A DNA stretch of 64,000 bases, from NCBI RefSeq assembly GCF_009914755.1, contig NC_060937.1. One strand, given 5' to 3'. This document shows positions 1 to 14,900 of the stretch, one piece after another (position 1 is the stretch's first letter; each line of letters starts with the position of its first letter). Below the pieces are notes generated by a model that saw only the letters and a list, made by a program, of their open reading frames with translations, made no database searches and had not been told where the DNA came from. A program made the translations under genes and the position numbers. Source of the DNA: the human T2T-CHM13v2.0 reference genome, Homo sapiens.

Positions 1-3000
1 CATAAAATATCAAACTACACCAGATATATATACTATAGTGTACATAAAATATCATAGTACCCAAACTATACATTATATACTGTACATAAAATATGAAATT
101 ACATCAAATATATATTATATTAGGTACATAAAATATGAAAGTACATCAAATATAGATTATATACTGTACATAAAATATCAAAGTACCCCAAATATATATT
201 ATATACTCTACATGAAATATCAAAGTTCACAAACTATATATTATATACTGTACATAAAATATGAAATTACATCAAATATATTTTATATTAGGTACATAAA
301 ATATGAAAGTACATCAAATATAGATTATATATTTTACATTAAATACCAAAGTACCACAAATATATATTTTATACTGTACAGGAAATATCAAAGTTCACAA
401 ACTATATATTATATACTGTACATATAATATCAAAGTACCCAAGGTATATATTCTATACTGTACAAAAAATAACAAAGTACCAAAAGCATGTATTATATAG
501 TGTAACTAAGATATGAAAGTACATCAAATATATATTTTATTCTGTACATAAAATATCAAAGTACACCAGATATATATTCTATAGTGTACATAAAATATCA
601 AAGTACCCAAACTATACATTATATACTGTACATAAAATATGAAATTACATCAAATATATATTATATTAGGTACATAAAATATGAAAGTACATCAAATATA
701 GATTATATACTGTACATTAAATACGAAAGTACCCCAAATATATATTTTATACTGTACATGAAATATCAAAGTTCACAAACTATATATTATATACTGTACA
801 TATAATATCAAAGTACCCAAAGTATATATTCTATACTGTACAAAAAATATCAAAGTACCAAAAGCATGTATTATATACTGTACATAAAATATGAAAGTAC
901 ATCAAATATATATTTTATTCTGTACATAAAATATCAAAGTACACCAGATATATATTCTATAGTGTACATAAAATATCAAAGTACCCAAACTATACATTAT
1001 ATACTGTACATAAAATATGAGATTACATCAAATATATATTATGTTAGGTACATAAAATATGAAAGTACATCCAATATAGATTATATACTGTAGATAAAAT
1101 ATCAAAGTACCCCAAATATATATTATATACTCTACATGAAATATCAAAGTTCACAAACTATATATTATATACTGTACATAAAATATCAAAGTACCCAAGG
1201 TATATATTCTATACTGTACAAAAAATATCAAAGTACCCAAAGCATGTATTATATACTGTATATAAAATATGAAAGTACATCAAATATATATTTTATTCTG
1301 TACATAAAATATCAAAGTACACCAGATATATATTCTATAGTGTACATAAAATAACAAAGTACACAAACTATAAATTATATACTGTACATAAAATATGAAA
1401 TTACATCAAATATATATTAGGTACATAAAATATGAAAGTACATCAAATATAGATTATATACTGAACATATAATATCAATGTACCCCAAATATATATTTTA
1501 TACTCTACATGAAATATCAAAGTTCAGAAACCATACATTATATACTGTACATAAAATATCAAAGTACCCAAGGTATATATTCTATACTGTACAAAAAATA
1601 TCAAAGTACCCAAAGCATGTATTATATACTGTACATAAAATATGAAAGTACATCAAATATATATTTTATTCTGAACATAAAATATCAAAGTACACCAGAT
1701 ATATATTCTATAGTGTACATAAAATATCAAAGTACCCAAACTATACATTATATACTGTACATAAAATATGAAATTACATCAAATATATATTAGGTACATA
1801 AAATATGAAAGTACATCAAATATAGATAATATACTGTACATAAAATATCAAAGTACCCCAATTATATATTATATACTCTACATGAAATATCAAAGTTCAC
1901 AAACCATATATTATATACTGTACATAAAATATCAAAGTACCCAAGGTATATATTCTATACTGTACAAAAAATATCAAAGTACCCAAAGCATGTATTATAT
2001 ACTGTACATAAAATATGAAAGTACATCAAATATATATTTTATTCTGTACATAAAATATAAAAGTACACCAGATATATATTCTATAGTGTACATAAAATAA
2101 CAAAGTACACAAACTATACATTATATACTGTACATAAAATATGAAATTACATCAAATATATATTAGGTACATAAAATATGAAAGTACATCAAATATAGAT
2201 TATATACTGTACAAAAATATCAAAGTACCCCAAATATATATTATATACTCTACATGAAATATCAAAGTTCACAAACTATATATTATATACTCTACATAAA
2301 ATATCAAAGTACCCAAGGTATATATTCTATACTGTACAAAAAATATCAAAGTACCCAAAGCATGTATTATATACTGTACATAAAATATGAAAGTACATCA
2401 AATATATATTTTATTCTGTACATAAAATATCAAAGTACACCAGATATATATTCTATAGTGTACATAAAATATCAAAGTACCCAAACTATACATTATATAC
2501 TGTACATAAAATATGAGATTACATCAAATATATATTATATTAGCTACATAAAATATGAAAGTACATCAGATATAGATTATATACTGTACATAAAATATCA
2601 AAGTACCCCAAATATATATTATATACTCTACATGAAATATCAAAGTTCACAAACTATATATTATATACTGTACATAAAATATCAAAGTACCCAAGGTATA
2701 TATTCTATACTGTACAAAAAATATCAAAGTACCCAAAGCATGTATTATATACTGTATACAAAATATGAAAATACATTAAATATATATTTTATTCTGTACA
2801 TAAAATATCAAAGTACACCAGATATGTATTCTATAGTGTACATAAAATAACAAAGTACACAAACTATAAATTATATACTGTACATAAAATATGAAATTAC
2901 ATCAAATATATATTAGGTACATAAAATATGAAAGTACATCAAATATAGATTATATACTGTACATATAATATCAATGTACCCGAAATATATATTTTATACT

Positions 3001-6000
3001 CTGCATGAAATATCAAAGTTCACAAACCATATATGATATACTGTACATAAAATATCAAAGTACCCAAGGTATATATTCTATACTGTACAAAAAATATCAA
3101 AGTACCCAAAGCATGTATTATATACTGTACATAAAATATGAAATTACATCAAATATATATTTTATTCTGTACATAAAATATCAAAGTACACCAGATATAT
3201 ATTCTATAGTGTACATAAAATATCAAAGTACCCAAACTATACATTATATACTGTACATAAAATATGAAATTACATCAAATATATATTATATTAGGTACAT
3301 AAAATATGAAAGTACATCAAATATAGATTATATACAGTACATAAAATATCAAAGTACCCCAAATATATATTATATACTCTACATGAAATATCAAAGTTCA
3401 CAAAGTATATATTATATACTGTACATAAAATATCAAAGTACCCAAGGTATATATTCTATACTGTACAAAAAATATCAAAGTACCCAAAGCATGTATTATA
3501 TACTGTATATAAAATATGAAACTACATCAAATATATATTTTATTCTCTACATAAAATATCAAAGTACACCAGATATATATTCTATAGTGTACATAAAATA
3601 TCAAAGTACCCAAACTATTTATTATATACTGTACATAAAATATGAAATTACATCAAATATATATTATATTAGGTACATAAAATATGAAAGTACATCAAAT
3701 ATAGATTATATGCTGTACATTAAATACCAAAGTACCCCAAATATATATTTTATACTGTACATGAAATATCAAAGTTCACAAACTATATATTATATACTGT
3801 ACATAAAATATCAAAGTACCCTAGGTATATATTCTATACTGTACCAAAAATATCAAAGTACCCAAAGCACGTATTATATACTGTACATAAAATATGAAAG
3901 TACATCAAATATATATTTTATTCTGTACATAAAATATCAAAGTACACCAGATATATATTCTATAGTGTACATAAAATATCAAAGTACCCAAACTATACAT
4001 TATATACTGTACATAAAATATGAAATTACATCAAATCTATATTAGGTACATAAAATATGAAAGTACATCAAATATAGATTATATACTGTACATAAAATAT
4101 CAAAGTACCCCAAATATATATTATATACTCTACATGAAATATCAAAGTTCACAAACTATATATTATATACTGTACATAAAATATCAAAGTACCCAAGGTA
4201 TATATTCTATACTGTACAAAAAATATCAAAGTACCCAAAGCATGTATTATATACTGTATATAAAATATGAAAGTACTTTAAATATATATTTTATTCTGTA
4301 CATAAAATATCAAAGTACACCAGATATATATTCTAGAGTGTACATAAAATTACAAAGTACACAAACTATAAATTATATACTGTACATATAATATGAAATT
4401 ACATCAAATATATATTAGGTACATAAAATATGAAAGTACATCAAATATAGATTATATACTGTACATAAAATATCAAAGTACCCCAAATATATATTATATA
4501 CTCTACATGAAATATCAAAGTTCACAAACCATACATTATATACTGTACATAAAATATCAAAGTACCCAATATATATATTCTATACTGTACAAAACATATC
4601 AAAGTACCCAAAGCATGTATTATATACTGTACATAAAATATGAAAGTACATCAAATATATATTTTATTCTGTACATAAAATATCAAAGTACACCAGATAT
4701 ATATACTATAGTGTACATAAAATATCATAGTACCCAAACTATACATTATATACTGTACATAAAATATGAAATTACATCAAATATATATTATATTAGGTAC
4801 ATAAAATATGAAAGTACATCAAATATAGATTATATACTGTACATAAAATATCAAAGTACCCCAAATATATATTATATACTCTACATGAAATATCAAAGTT
4901 CACAAACTATATATTATATACTGTACATAAAATATGAAATTACATCAAATATATTTTATATTAGGTACATAAAATATGAAAGTACATCAAATATAGATTA
5001 TATATTTTACATTAAATACCAAAGTACCACAAATATATATTTTATACTGTACAGGAAATATCAAAGTTCACAAACTATATATTATATACTGTACATATAA
5101 TATCAAAGTACCCAAGGTATATATTCTATACTGTACAAAAAATAACAAAGTACCAAAAGCATGTATTATATAGTGTACCTAAGATATGAAAGTACATCAA
5201 ATATATATTTTATTCTGTACATAAAATATCAAAGTACACCAGATATATATTCTATAGTGTACATAAAATATCAAAGTACCCAAACTATACATTATATACT
5301 GTACATAAAATATGAAATTACATCAAATATATATTATATTAGGTACATAAAATATGAAAGTACATCAAATATAGATTATATACTGTACATTAAATACCAA
5401 AGTACCCCAAATATATATTTTATACTGTACATGAAATATCAAAGTTCACAAACTATATATTATATACTGTACATATAATATCAAAGTACCCAAAGTATAT
5501 ATTCTATACTGTACAAAAAATATCAAAGTACCAAAATCATGTATTATATACTGTACATAAAATATGAAAGTACATCAAATATATATTTTATTCTGTACAT
5601 AAAATATCAAAGTACACCAGATATATATTCTATAGTGTACATAAAATATCAAAGTACCCAAACTATACATTATATACTGTACATAAAATATGAGATTACA
5701 TCAAATATATATTATGTTAGGTACATAAAATATGAAAGTACATCCAATATAGATTATATACTGTAGATAAAATATCAAAGTACCCCAAATATATATTATA
5801 TACTCTACATGAAATATCAAAGTTCACAAACTATATATTATATACTGTACATAAAATATCAAAGTACCCAAGGTATATATTCTATACTGTACAAAAAATA
5901 TCAAAGTACCCAAAGCATGTATTATATACTGTATATAAAATATGAAAGTACATCAAATATATATTTTATTCTGTACATAAAATATCAAAGTACACCAGAT

Positions 6001-9000
6001 ATATATTCTATAGTGTACATAAAATAACAAAGTACACAAACTATAAATTATATACTGTACATAAAATATGAAATTACATCAAATATATATTAGGTACATA
6101 AAATATGAAAGTACATCAAATATAGATTATATACTGAACATATAATATCAATGTACCCCAAATATATATTTTATACTCTACATGAAATATCAAAGTTCAG
6201 AAACCATACATTATATACTGTACATAAAATATCAAAGTACCCAAGGTATATATTCTATACTGTACAAAAAATATCAAAGTACCCAAAGCATGTATTATAT
6301 ACTGTACATAAAATATGAAAGTACATCAAATATATATTTTATTCTGAACATAAAATATCAAAGTACACCAGATATATATTCTATAGTGTACATAAAATAT
6401 CAAAGTACCCAAACTATACATTATATACTGTACATAAAATATGAAATTACATCAAATATATATTAGGTACATAAAATATGAAAGTACATCAAATATAGAT
6501 AATATACTGTACATAAAATATCAAAGTACCCCAAATATATATTATATACTCTACATGAAATATCAAAGTTCACAAACTATATATTATATACTGTACATAA
6601 AATATCAAAGTACCCAAGGTATATATTCTATACTGTACAAAAAATATCAAAGTACCCAAAGCATGTATTATATACTGTACATAAAATATGAAAGTACATC
6701 AAATATATATTTTATTCTGTACATAAAATATAAAAGTACACCAGATATATATTCTATAGTGTACATAAAATAACAAAGTACACAAACTATACATTATATA
6801 CTGTACATAAAATATGAAATTACATCAAATATATATTAGGTACATAAAATATGAAAGTACATCAAATATAGATTATATACTGTACAAAAATATCAAAGTA
6901 CCCCAAATATATATTATATACTCTACATGAAATATCAAAGTTCACAAACTATATATTATATACTCTACATAAAATATCAAAGTACCCAAGGTATATATTC
7001 TATACTGTACAAAAAATATCAAAGTACCCAAAGCATGTATTATATACTGTACATAAAATATGAAAGTACATCAAATATATATTTTATTCTGTACATAAAA
7101 TATCAAAGTACACCAGATATATATTCTATAGTGTACATAAAATATCAAAGTACCCAAACTATACATTATATACTGTACATAAAATATGAGATTACATCAA
7201 ATATATATTATATTAGCTACATAAAATATGAAAGTACATCAGATATAGATTATATACTGTACATAAAATATCAAAGTACCCCAAATATATATTATATACT
7301 CTACATGAAATATCAAAGTTCACAAACTATATATTATATACTGTACATAAAATATCAAAGTACCCAAGGTATATATTCTATACTGTACAAAAAATATCAA
7401 AGTACCCAAAGCATGTATTATATACTGTATACAAAATATGAAAATACATTAAATATATATTTTATTCTGTACATAAAATATCAAAGTACACCAGATATGT
7501 ATTCTATAGTGTACATAAAATAACAAAGTACACAAACTATAAATTATATACTGTACATAAAATATGAAATTACATCAAATATATATTAGGTACATAAAAT
7601 ATGAAAGTACATCAAATATAGATTATATACTGTACATATAATATCAATGTACCCGAAATATATATTTTATACTCTGCATGAAATATCAAAGTTCACAAAC
7701 CATATATGATATACTGTACATAAAATATCAAAGTACCCAAGGTATATATTCTATACTGTACAAAAAATATCAAAGTACCCAAAGCATGTATTATATACTG
7801 TACATAAAATATGAAATTACATAAAATATATATTTTATTCTGTACATAAAATATCAAAGTACACCAGATATATATTCTATAGTGTACATAAAATATCAAA
7901 GTACCCAAACTATACATTATATACTGTACATAAAATATGAAATTACATCAAATATATATTATATTAGGTACATAAAATATGAAAGTACATCAAATATAGA
8001 TTATATACAGTACATAAAATATCAAAGTACCCCAAATATATATTATATACTCTACATGAAATATCAAAGTTCACAAAGTATATATTATATACTGTACATA
8101 AAATATCAAAGTACCCAAGGTATATATTCTATACTGTACAAAAAATATCAAAGTACCCAAAGCATGTATTATATACTGTATATAAAATATGAAACTACAT
8201 CAAATATATATTTTATTCTCTACATAAAATATCAAAGTACACCAGATATATATTCTATAGTGTACATAAAATATCAAAGTACCCAAACTATTTATTATAT
8301 ACTGTACATAAAATATGAAATTACATCAAATATATATTATATTAGGTACATAAAATATGAAAGTACATCAAATATAGATTATATGCTGTACATTAAATAC
8401 CAAAGTACCCCAAATATATATTTTATACTGTACATGAAATATCAAAGTTCACAAACTATATATTATATACTGTACATAAAATATCAAAGTACCCTAGGTA
8501 TATATTCTATACTGTACCAAAAATATCAAAGTACCCAAAGCACGTATTATATACTGTACATAAAATATGAAAGTACATCAAATATATATTTTATTCTGTA
8601 CATAAAATATCAAAGTACACCAGATATATATTCTATAGTGTACATAAAATATCAAAGTACCCAAACTATACATTATATACTGTACATAAAATATGAAATT
8701 ACATCAAATCTATATTAGGTACATAAAATATGAAAGTACATCAAATATAGATTATATACTGTACATAATATATCAAAGTACCCCAAATATATATTATATA
8801 CTCTACATGAAATATCAAAGTTCACAAACTATATATTATATACTGTACATAAAATATCAAAGTACCCAAGGTATATATTCTATACTGTACAAAAAATATC
8901 AAAGTACCCAAAGCATGTATTATATACTGTATATAAAATATGAAAGTACTTTAAATATATATTTTATTCTGTACATAAAATATCAAAGTACACCAGATAT

Positions 9001-10607
9001 ATATTCTAGAGTGTACATAAAATTACAAAGTACACAAACTATAAATTATATACTGTACATATAATATGAAATTACATCAAATATATATTAGGTACATAAA
9101 ATATGAAAGTACATCAAATATAGATTATATACTGTACATAAAATATCAAAGTACCCCAAATATATATTATATACTCTACATGAAATATCAAAGTTCACAA
9201 ACCATACATTATATACTGTACATAAAATATCAAAGTACCCAATATATATATTCTATACTGTACAAAACATATCAAAGTACCCAAAGCATGTATTATATAC
9301 TGTACATAAAATATGAAAGTACATCAAATATATATTTTATTCTGTACATAAAATATCAAAGTACACCAGATATATATACTATAGTGTACATAAAATATCA
9401 TAGTACCCAAACTATACATTATATACTGTACATAAAATATGAAATTACATCAAATATATATTATATTAGGTACATAAAATATGAAAGTACATCAAATATA
9501 GATTATATACTGTACATAAAATATCAAAGTACCCCAAATATATATTATATACTCTACATGAAATATCAAAGTTCACAAACTATATATTATATACTGTACA
9601 TAAAATATGAAATTACATCAAATATATTTTATATTAGGTACATAAAATATGAAAGTACATCAAATATAGATTATATATTTTACATTAAATACCAAAGTAC
9701 CACAAATATATATTTTATACTGTACAGGAAATATCAAAGTTCACAAACTATATATTATATACTGTACATATAATATCAAAGTACCCAAGGTATATATTCT
9801 ATACTGTACAAAAAATAACAAAGTACCAAAAGCATGTATTATATAGTGTACCTAAGATATGAAAGTACATCAAATATATATTTTATTCTGTACATAAAAT
9901 ATCAAAGTACACCAGATATATATTCTATAGTGTACATAAAATATCAAAGTACCCAAACTATACATTATATACTGTACATAAAATATGAAATTACATCAAA
10001 TATATATTATATTAGGTACATAAAATATGAAAGTACATCAAATATAGATTATATACTGTACATTAAATACCAAAGTACCCCAAATATATATTTTATACTG
10101 TACATGAAATATCAAAGTTCACAAACTATATATTATATACTGTACATATAATATCAAAGTACCCAAAGTATATATTCTATACTGTACAAAAAATATCAAA
10201 GTACCCAAAGCATGTATTATATACTGTACATAAAATATGAAAGTACATCAAATATATATTTTATTCTGTACATAAAATATCAAAGTACACCAGATATATA
10301 TTCTATAGTGTACATAAAATATCAAAGTACCCAAACTATACATTATATACTGTACATAAAATATGAGATTACATCAAATATATATTATGTTAGGTACATA
10401 AAATATGAAAGTACATCCAATATAGATTATATACTGTAGATAAAATATCAAAGTACCCCAAATATATATTATATACTCTACATGAAATATCAAAGTTCAC
10501 AAACTATATATTATATACTGTACATAAAATATCAAAGTACCCAAGGTATATATTCTATACTGTACAAAAAATATCAAAGTACCCAAAGCATGTATTATAT
10601 ACTGTAT
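1..10607 (+). repeat. Tandem macro-repeat, period 4673 bp, ~2.3 copies visible
   Basis: ORF offsets 1136/5809/10482, 1509/6182, 2254/6927, 4020/8693, 4393/9066 and 5161/9834 all equal 4673. Private variants recur at the same offset (ATCATAGTAC, CCTAGG, TCTAGAG). Arithmetic: 112x42 - 6x5 - 1 = 4673. Confidence 0.93.
584..961 (+). repeat. Representative canonical 378-bp 9-mer HOR unit (monomer types m1-m9)
   Basis: There is a fixed cyclic order of nine variants, labelled here by translation: m1 KYQSTQTIHYILYI, m2 KYEITSNIYYIRYI, m3 KYESTSNIDYILYI, m4 KYQSTPNIYYILYM, m5 KYQSSQTIYYILYI, m6 KYQSTQGIYSILYK, m7 KYQSTQSMYYILYI, m8 KYESTSNIYFILYI, m9 KYQSTPDIYSIVYI. 9x42=378, which matches the known HSat1A 378-bp periodicity. 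Confidence 0.95.
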
Positions 10608-12229
10608 ACAAAATATGAAAATACATTAAATATATATTTTATTCTGTACATAAAATATCAAAGTACACCAGATATGTATTCTATAGTGTACATAAAATAA
10701 CAAAGTACACAAACTATAAATTATATACTGTACGTAAAATATGAAATTACATCAAATATATATTAGGTACATAAAATATGAAAGTACATCAAATATAGAT
10801 TATATACTGTACATATATCAATGTACCCCAAATATATATTTTATACTCTACATGAAATATCAAAGTTCACAAACCATACATTATATACTGTACATAAAAT
10901 ATCAAAGTACCCAAGGTATATATTCTATACTGTACGAAAAATATCAAAGTACCCAAAGCATGTATTATATACTGTACCTAAAATATGAAAGTACATCAAA
11001 TATATATTTTATTCTGTACATAAAATATCAAAGTTCACCAGATATATATTCTATATTGTACATAAAATATCAAAGTAACCAAACTATACATTATATACTG
11101 TACATAAAATATGAAATTATATCAAATATATATTATATTAGGTACATAAAATATGAAAGCACGTCAAATATAGATTATATACTGTACATAAAATATCAAG
11201 GTACCCCAAATATATATTATATACTCTACATGAAATATCAAAGTTCACAAACTATATATTATATACTGTACATAAAATATCAAAGTACCCAAGGTATATA
11301 TTCTATACTGTACAAAAAATAACAAAGTACCAAAAATCATGTATAATATACTGTACCTAAAATATGAAAGTACATCAAATATATATTTTATTCTGTACAT
11401 AAAATATCAAAGTACACCAGATATATTTTCTATAGTGTACATAAAATATCAAAGTACCCAAACTATACATTATATACTGTAAATAAAATATGAAATTACA
11501 TCAAATATATTTTATATTAGGTACATAAAATATGAAAGTACATCAAATATATATTTTATTCTGTACATAAAATATCAAAGTACACCAGATATATATTCTA
11601 TAGTGTACATAAAATATCAAAGTACCCAAACTATACATTATATACTGTACATAAAATATGAAATTACATCAAATATATATTAGGTACATAAAATATGAAA
11701 GTACATCAAATATAGATTATATACTGTACATAAAATATCAAAGTACCCCAAATATATATTTTATACTGTACATGAAATATCAAAGTTCACAAAATATATA
11801 TTATATACTGTACATATAATATCAAAGTACCCAAGGTATATATTGTATACTGTACAAAAAATAACAAAGTAGCAAAAGCATGTATTATATACTGTACCTG
11901 AAATATGAAAGTACATCAAATATATATTTTATTCTGTACATAAAATATCAAAGTACACCAGATATATATTCTATAGTGTACATAAAATATCAAAGTACCC
12001 AAACTATACATTATATACTGTACATAAAATATGAAATTACATCAAATATATATTATATTAGGTACATACAATATGAAAGTACATCAAATATAGATTATAT
12101 ACTGTACATAAAATATCAAAGTACCCCAAATATATATTATATACTCTACATGAAATATCAAAGTTCACAAACTATATATTATATACTGTACATAAAATAT
12201 CAAAGTACCCAAGGTATATATTCTATACT

Positions 12230-14900
12230 GTACAAAAAACATCAAAGTACCCACAGCATGCATTATATACTGTACATAAAATATGAAAGTACATTAAATA
12301 TATATTTTATTCTGTACATAAAATATCAAAGTACACCAGATATATATTCTATAGTGTACATAAAATAACAAAGTACAAAAACTATACATTATATACTGTA
12401 CATAAAATATGAAATTACATCAAATATATTTTATATTAGGTACATAAAATATGAAAGTACATCAAATATATATTTTATTCTGTACATAAAATATCAAAGT
12501 ACACCAGATATATATTCTATAGTGTACATAAAATATCAAAGTACCCAAACTATACATTATATACTGTACATAAAATATGAAATTACATCAAATATATTTT
12601 ATATTAGGTACATAAAATATGAAAGCACGTCAAATATAGATTATATACTGTACATTAAATACCAAAGTACCCCAAATATATATTTTATACTGTACATCAA
12701 ATATAAAAGTTCACAAACTATATATTATATACTGTACATAAAATATCAAAGTACCCAAGGTATATATTCTATACTGTACAAAAAATATCAAAGTACCCAA
12801 AGCATGTATTATATAGTGTACATAAAATATGAAAGTACATCAAATATATATTTTATTCTGTACATAAAATATCAAAGTACACCAGATATATATTCTATAG
12901 TGTACATAAAATATCAAAGTACCCAAACTATACATTATATACTGTACATAAAATATCAAAGTACCCAAACTATACATTATATACTGTACATAAAATATGA
13001 GATTACATCAAATATATATTATATTAGCTACATAAAATATGAAAGTACATCAGATATAGATTATATACTGTACATAAAATATCAAAGTACCCCAAATATA
13101 TATTACATACTCTACATGAAATATCAAATTTCACAAACTATATATTATATACTGTACATAAAATATCAAAGTACCCAAGGTATATATTCTATACTGTACA
13201 AAAAATAACAAAGTACCAAAAGCATGTATAATATACTGTACATAAAATATGAAAGTACATCAAAAATATAATTTATTCTGTACATAAAATATCAAAGTAC
13301 ACCAGATATATATTCTATAGTGTACATAAAATATCAAAGTACCCAAACTATACATTATATACTGTAAATAAAATATGAAATTACATCAAATATATTTTAT
13401 ATTAGGTACATAAAATATGAAAGTACATCAAATATATATTTTATACTGTACATAAAATATCAAAGTACACCAGATATATATTCTATAGTGTACATAAAAT
13501 ATCAAAGTACCCAAACTATACATTATATACTGTACATAAAATATGAAATTACATCAAATATATATTATATTAGGTACATAAAATATGAAAGCACATCAAA
13601 TATAGATTATATACTGTACATTAAATACCAAAGTACCCCAAATATATATTTTATACTGTACATCAAATATAAAAGTTCACAAACTATATATTATATACTG
13701 TACATAAAATATCAAAGTACCCAAGGTATATATTCTATACTGTACAAAAAATATCAAAGTACCCAAAGCATGTATTATATACTGTACATAAAATATGAAA
13801 GTACATCAAATATATATTTTATTCTGTACATAAAATATCAAAGTACACCAGATATATATTCTATAGTGTACATAAAATATCAAAGTACCCAAACTATACA
13901 TTATATACTGTACATAAAATATGAGATTACATCAAATATATATTATATTAGCTACATAAAATATGAAAGTACATCAGATATAGATTATATACTGTACATA
14001 AAATATCAAAGTACCCCAAATATATATTATATACTCTACATGAAATATCAAAGTTCACAAACTATATATTATATACTGTACATAAAATATCAAAGTACCC
14101 AAGGTATATATTCTATACTGTACAAAAAATATCAAAGTACCCAAAGCATGTATTATATACTGTATACAAAATATGAAAATACATTAAATATATATTTTAT
14201 TCTGTACATAAAATATCAAAGTACACCAGATATGTATTCTATAGTGTACATAAAATAACAAAGTACACAAACTATAAATTATATAATGTTCGTAAAATAT
14301 GAAATTACATCAAATATATATTAGGTACATAAAATATGAAAGTACATCATATATAGATTATATACTGTACATATATCAATGTACCCCAAATATATATTTT
14401 ATACTCTACATGAAATATCAAAGTTCACAAACCATACATTATATACTGTACATAAAATATCAAAGTACCCAAGGTATATATTCTATACTGTACGAAAAAT
14501 ATCAAAGTACCCAAAGCATGTATTATATACTGTACCTAAAATATGAAAGTACATCAAATATATGTTTTATTCTGTACATAAAATATCAAAGTACACCAGA
14601 TATATATTCTATAGTGTACATAAAATATCAAAGTACCCAAACTATACATTATATACTGTACATAAAATATGAAATTACATCAAATATATATTATATTAGG
14701 TACATAAAATATGAAAGTACATGAAATATAGATTATATACTGTACATAAAATATCAAGGTACCCCAAATATATATTATATACTCTACATGAAATATCAAA
14801 GTTCACAAACTATATATTATATACTGTACATAAAATATCAAAGTACCCAAGGTATATATTCTATACTGTACAAAAAATAACAAAGTACCAAAAGCATGTA
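12230..14900 (+). repeat. Dispersed ~2.7-kb block duplicated at ~18000-20620 (offset 5763 then 5721)
   Basis: ORF offsets 12522/18285=5763, and 13488/19209, 14299/20020, 14721/20442=5721. The 42-bp difference equals the extra m1 monomer at ~12901-12984. Confidence 0.85.
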
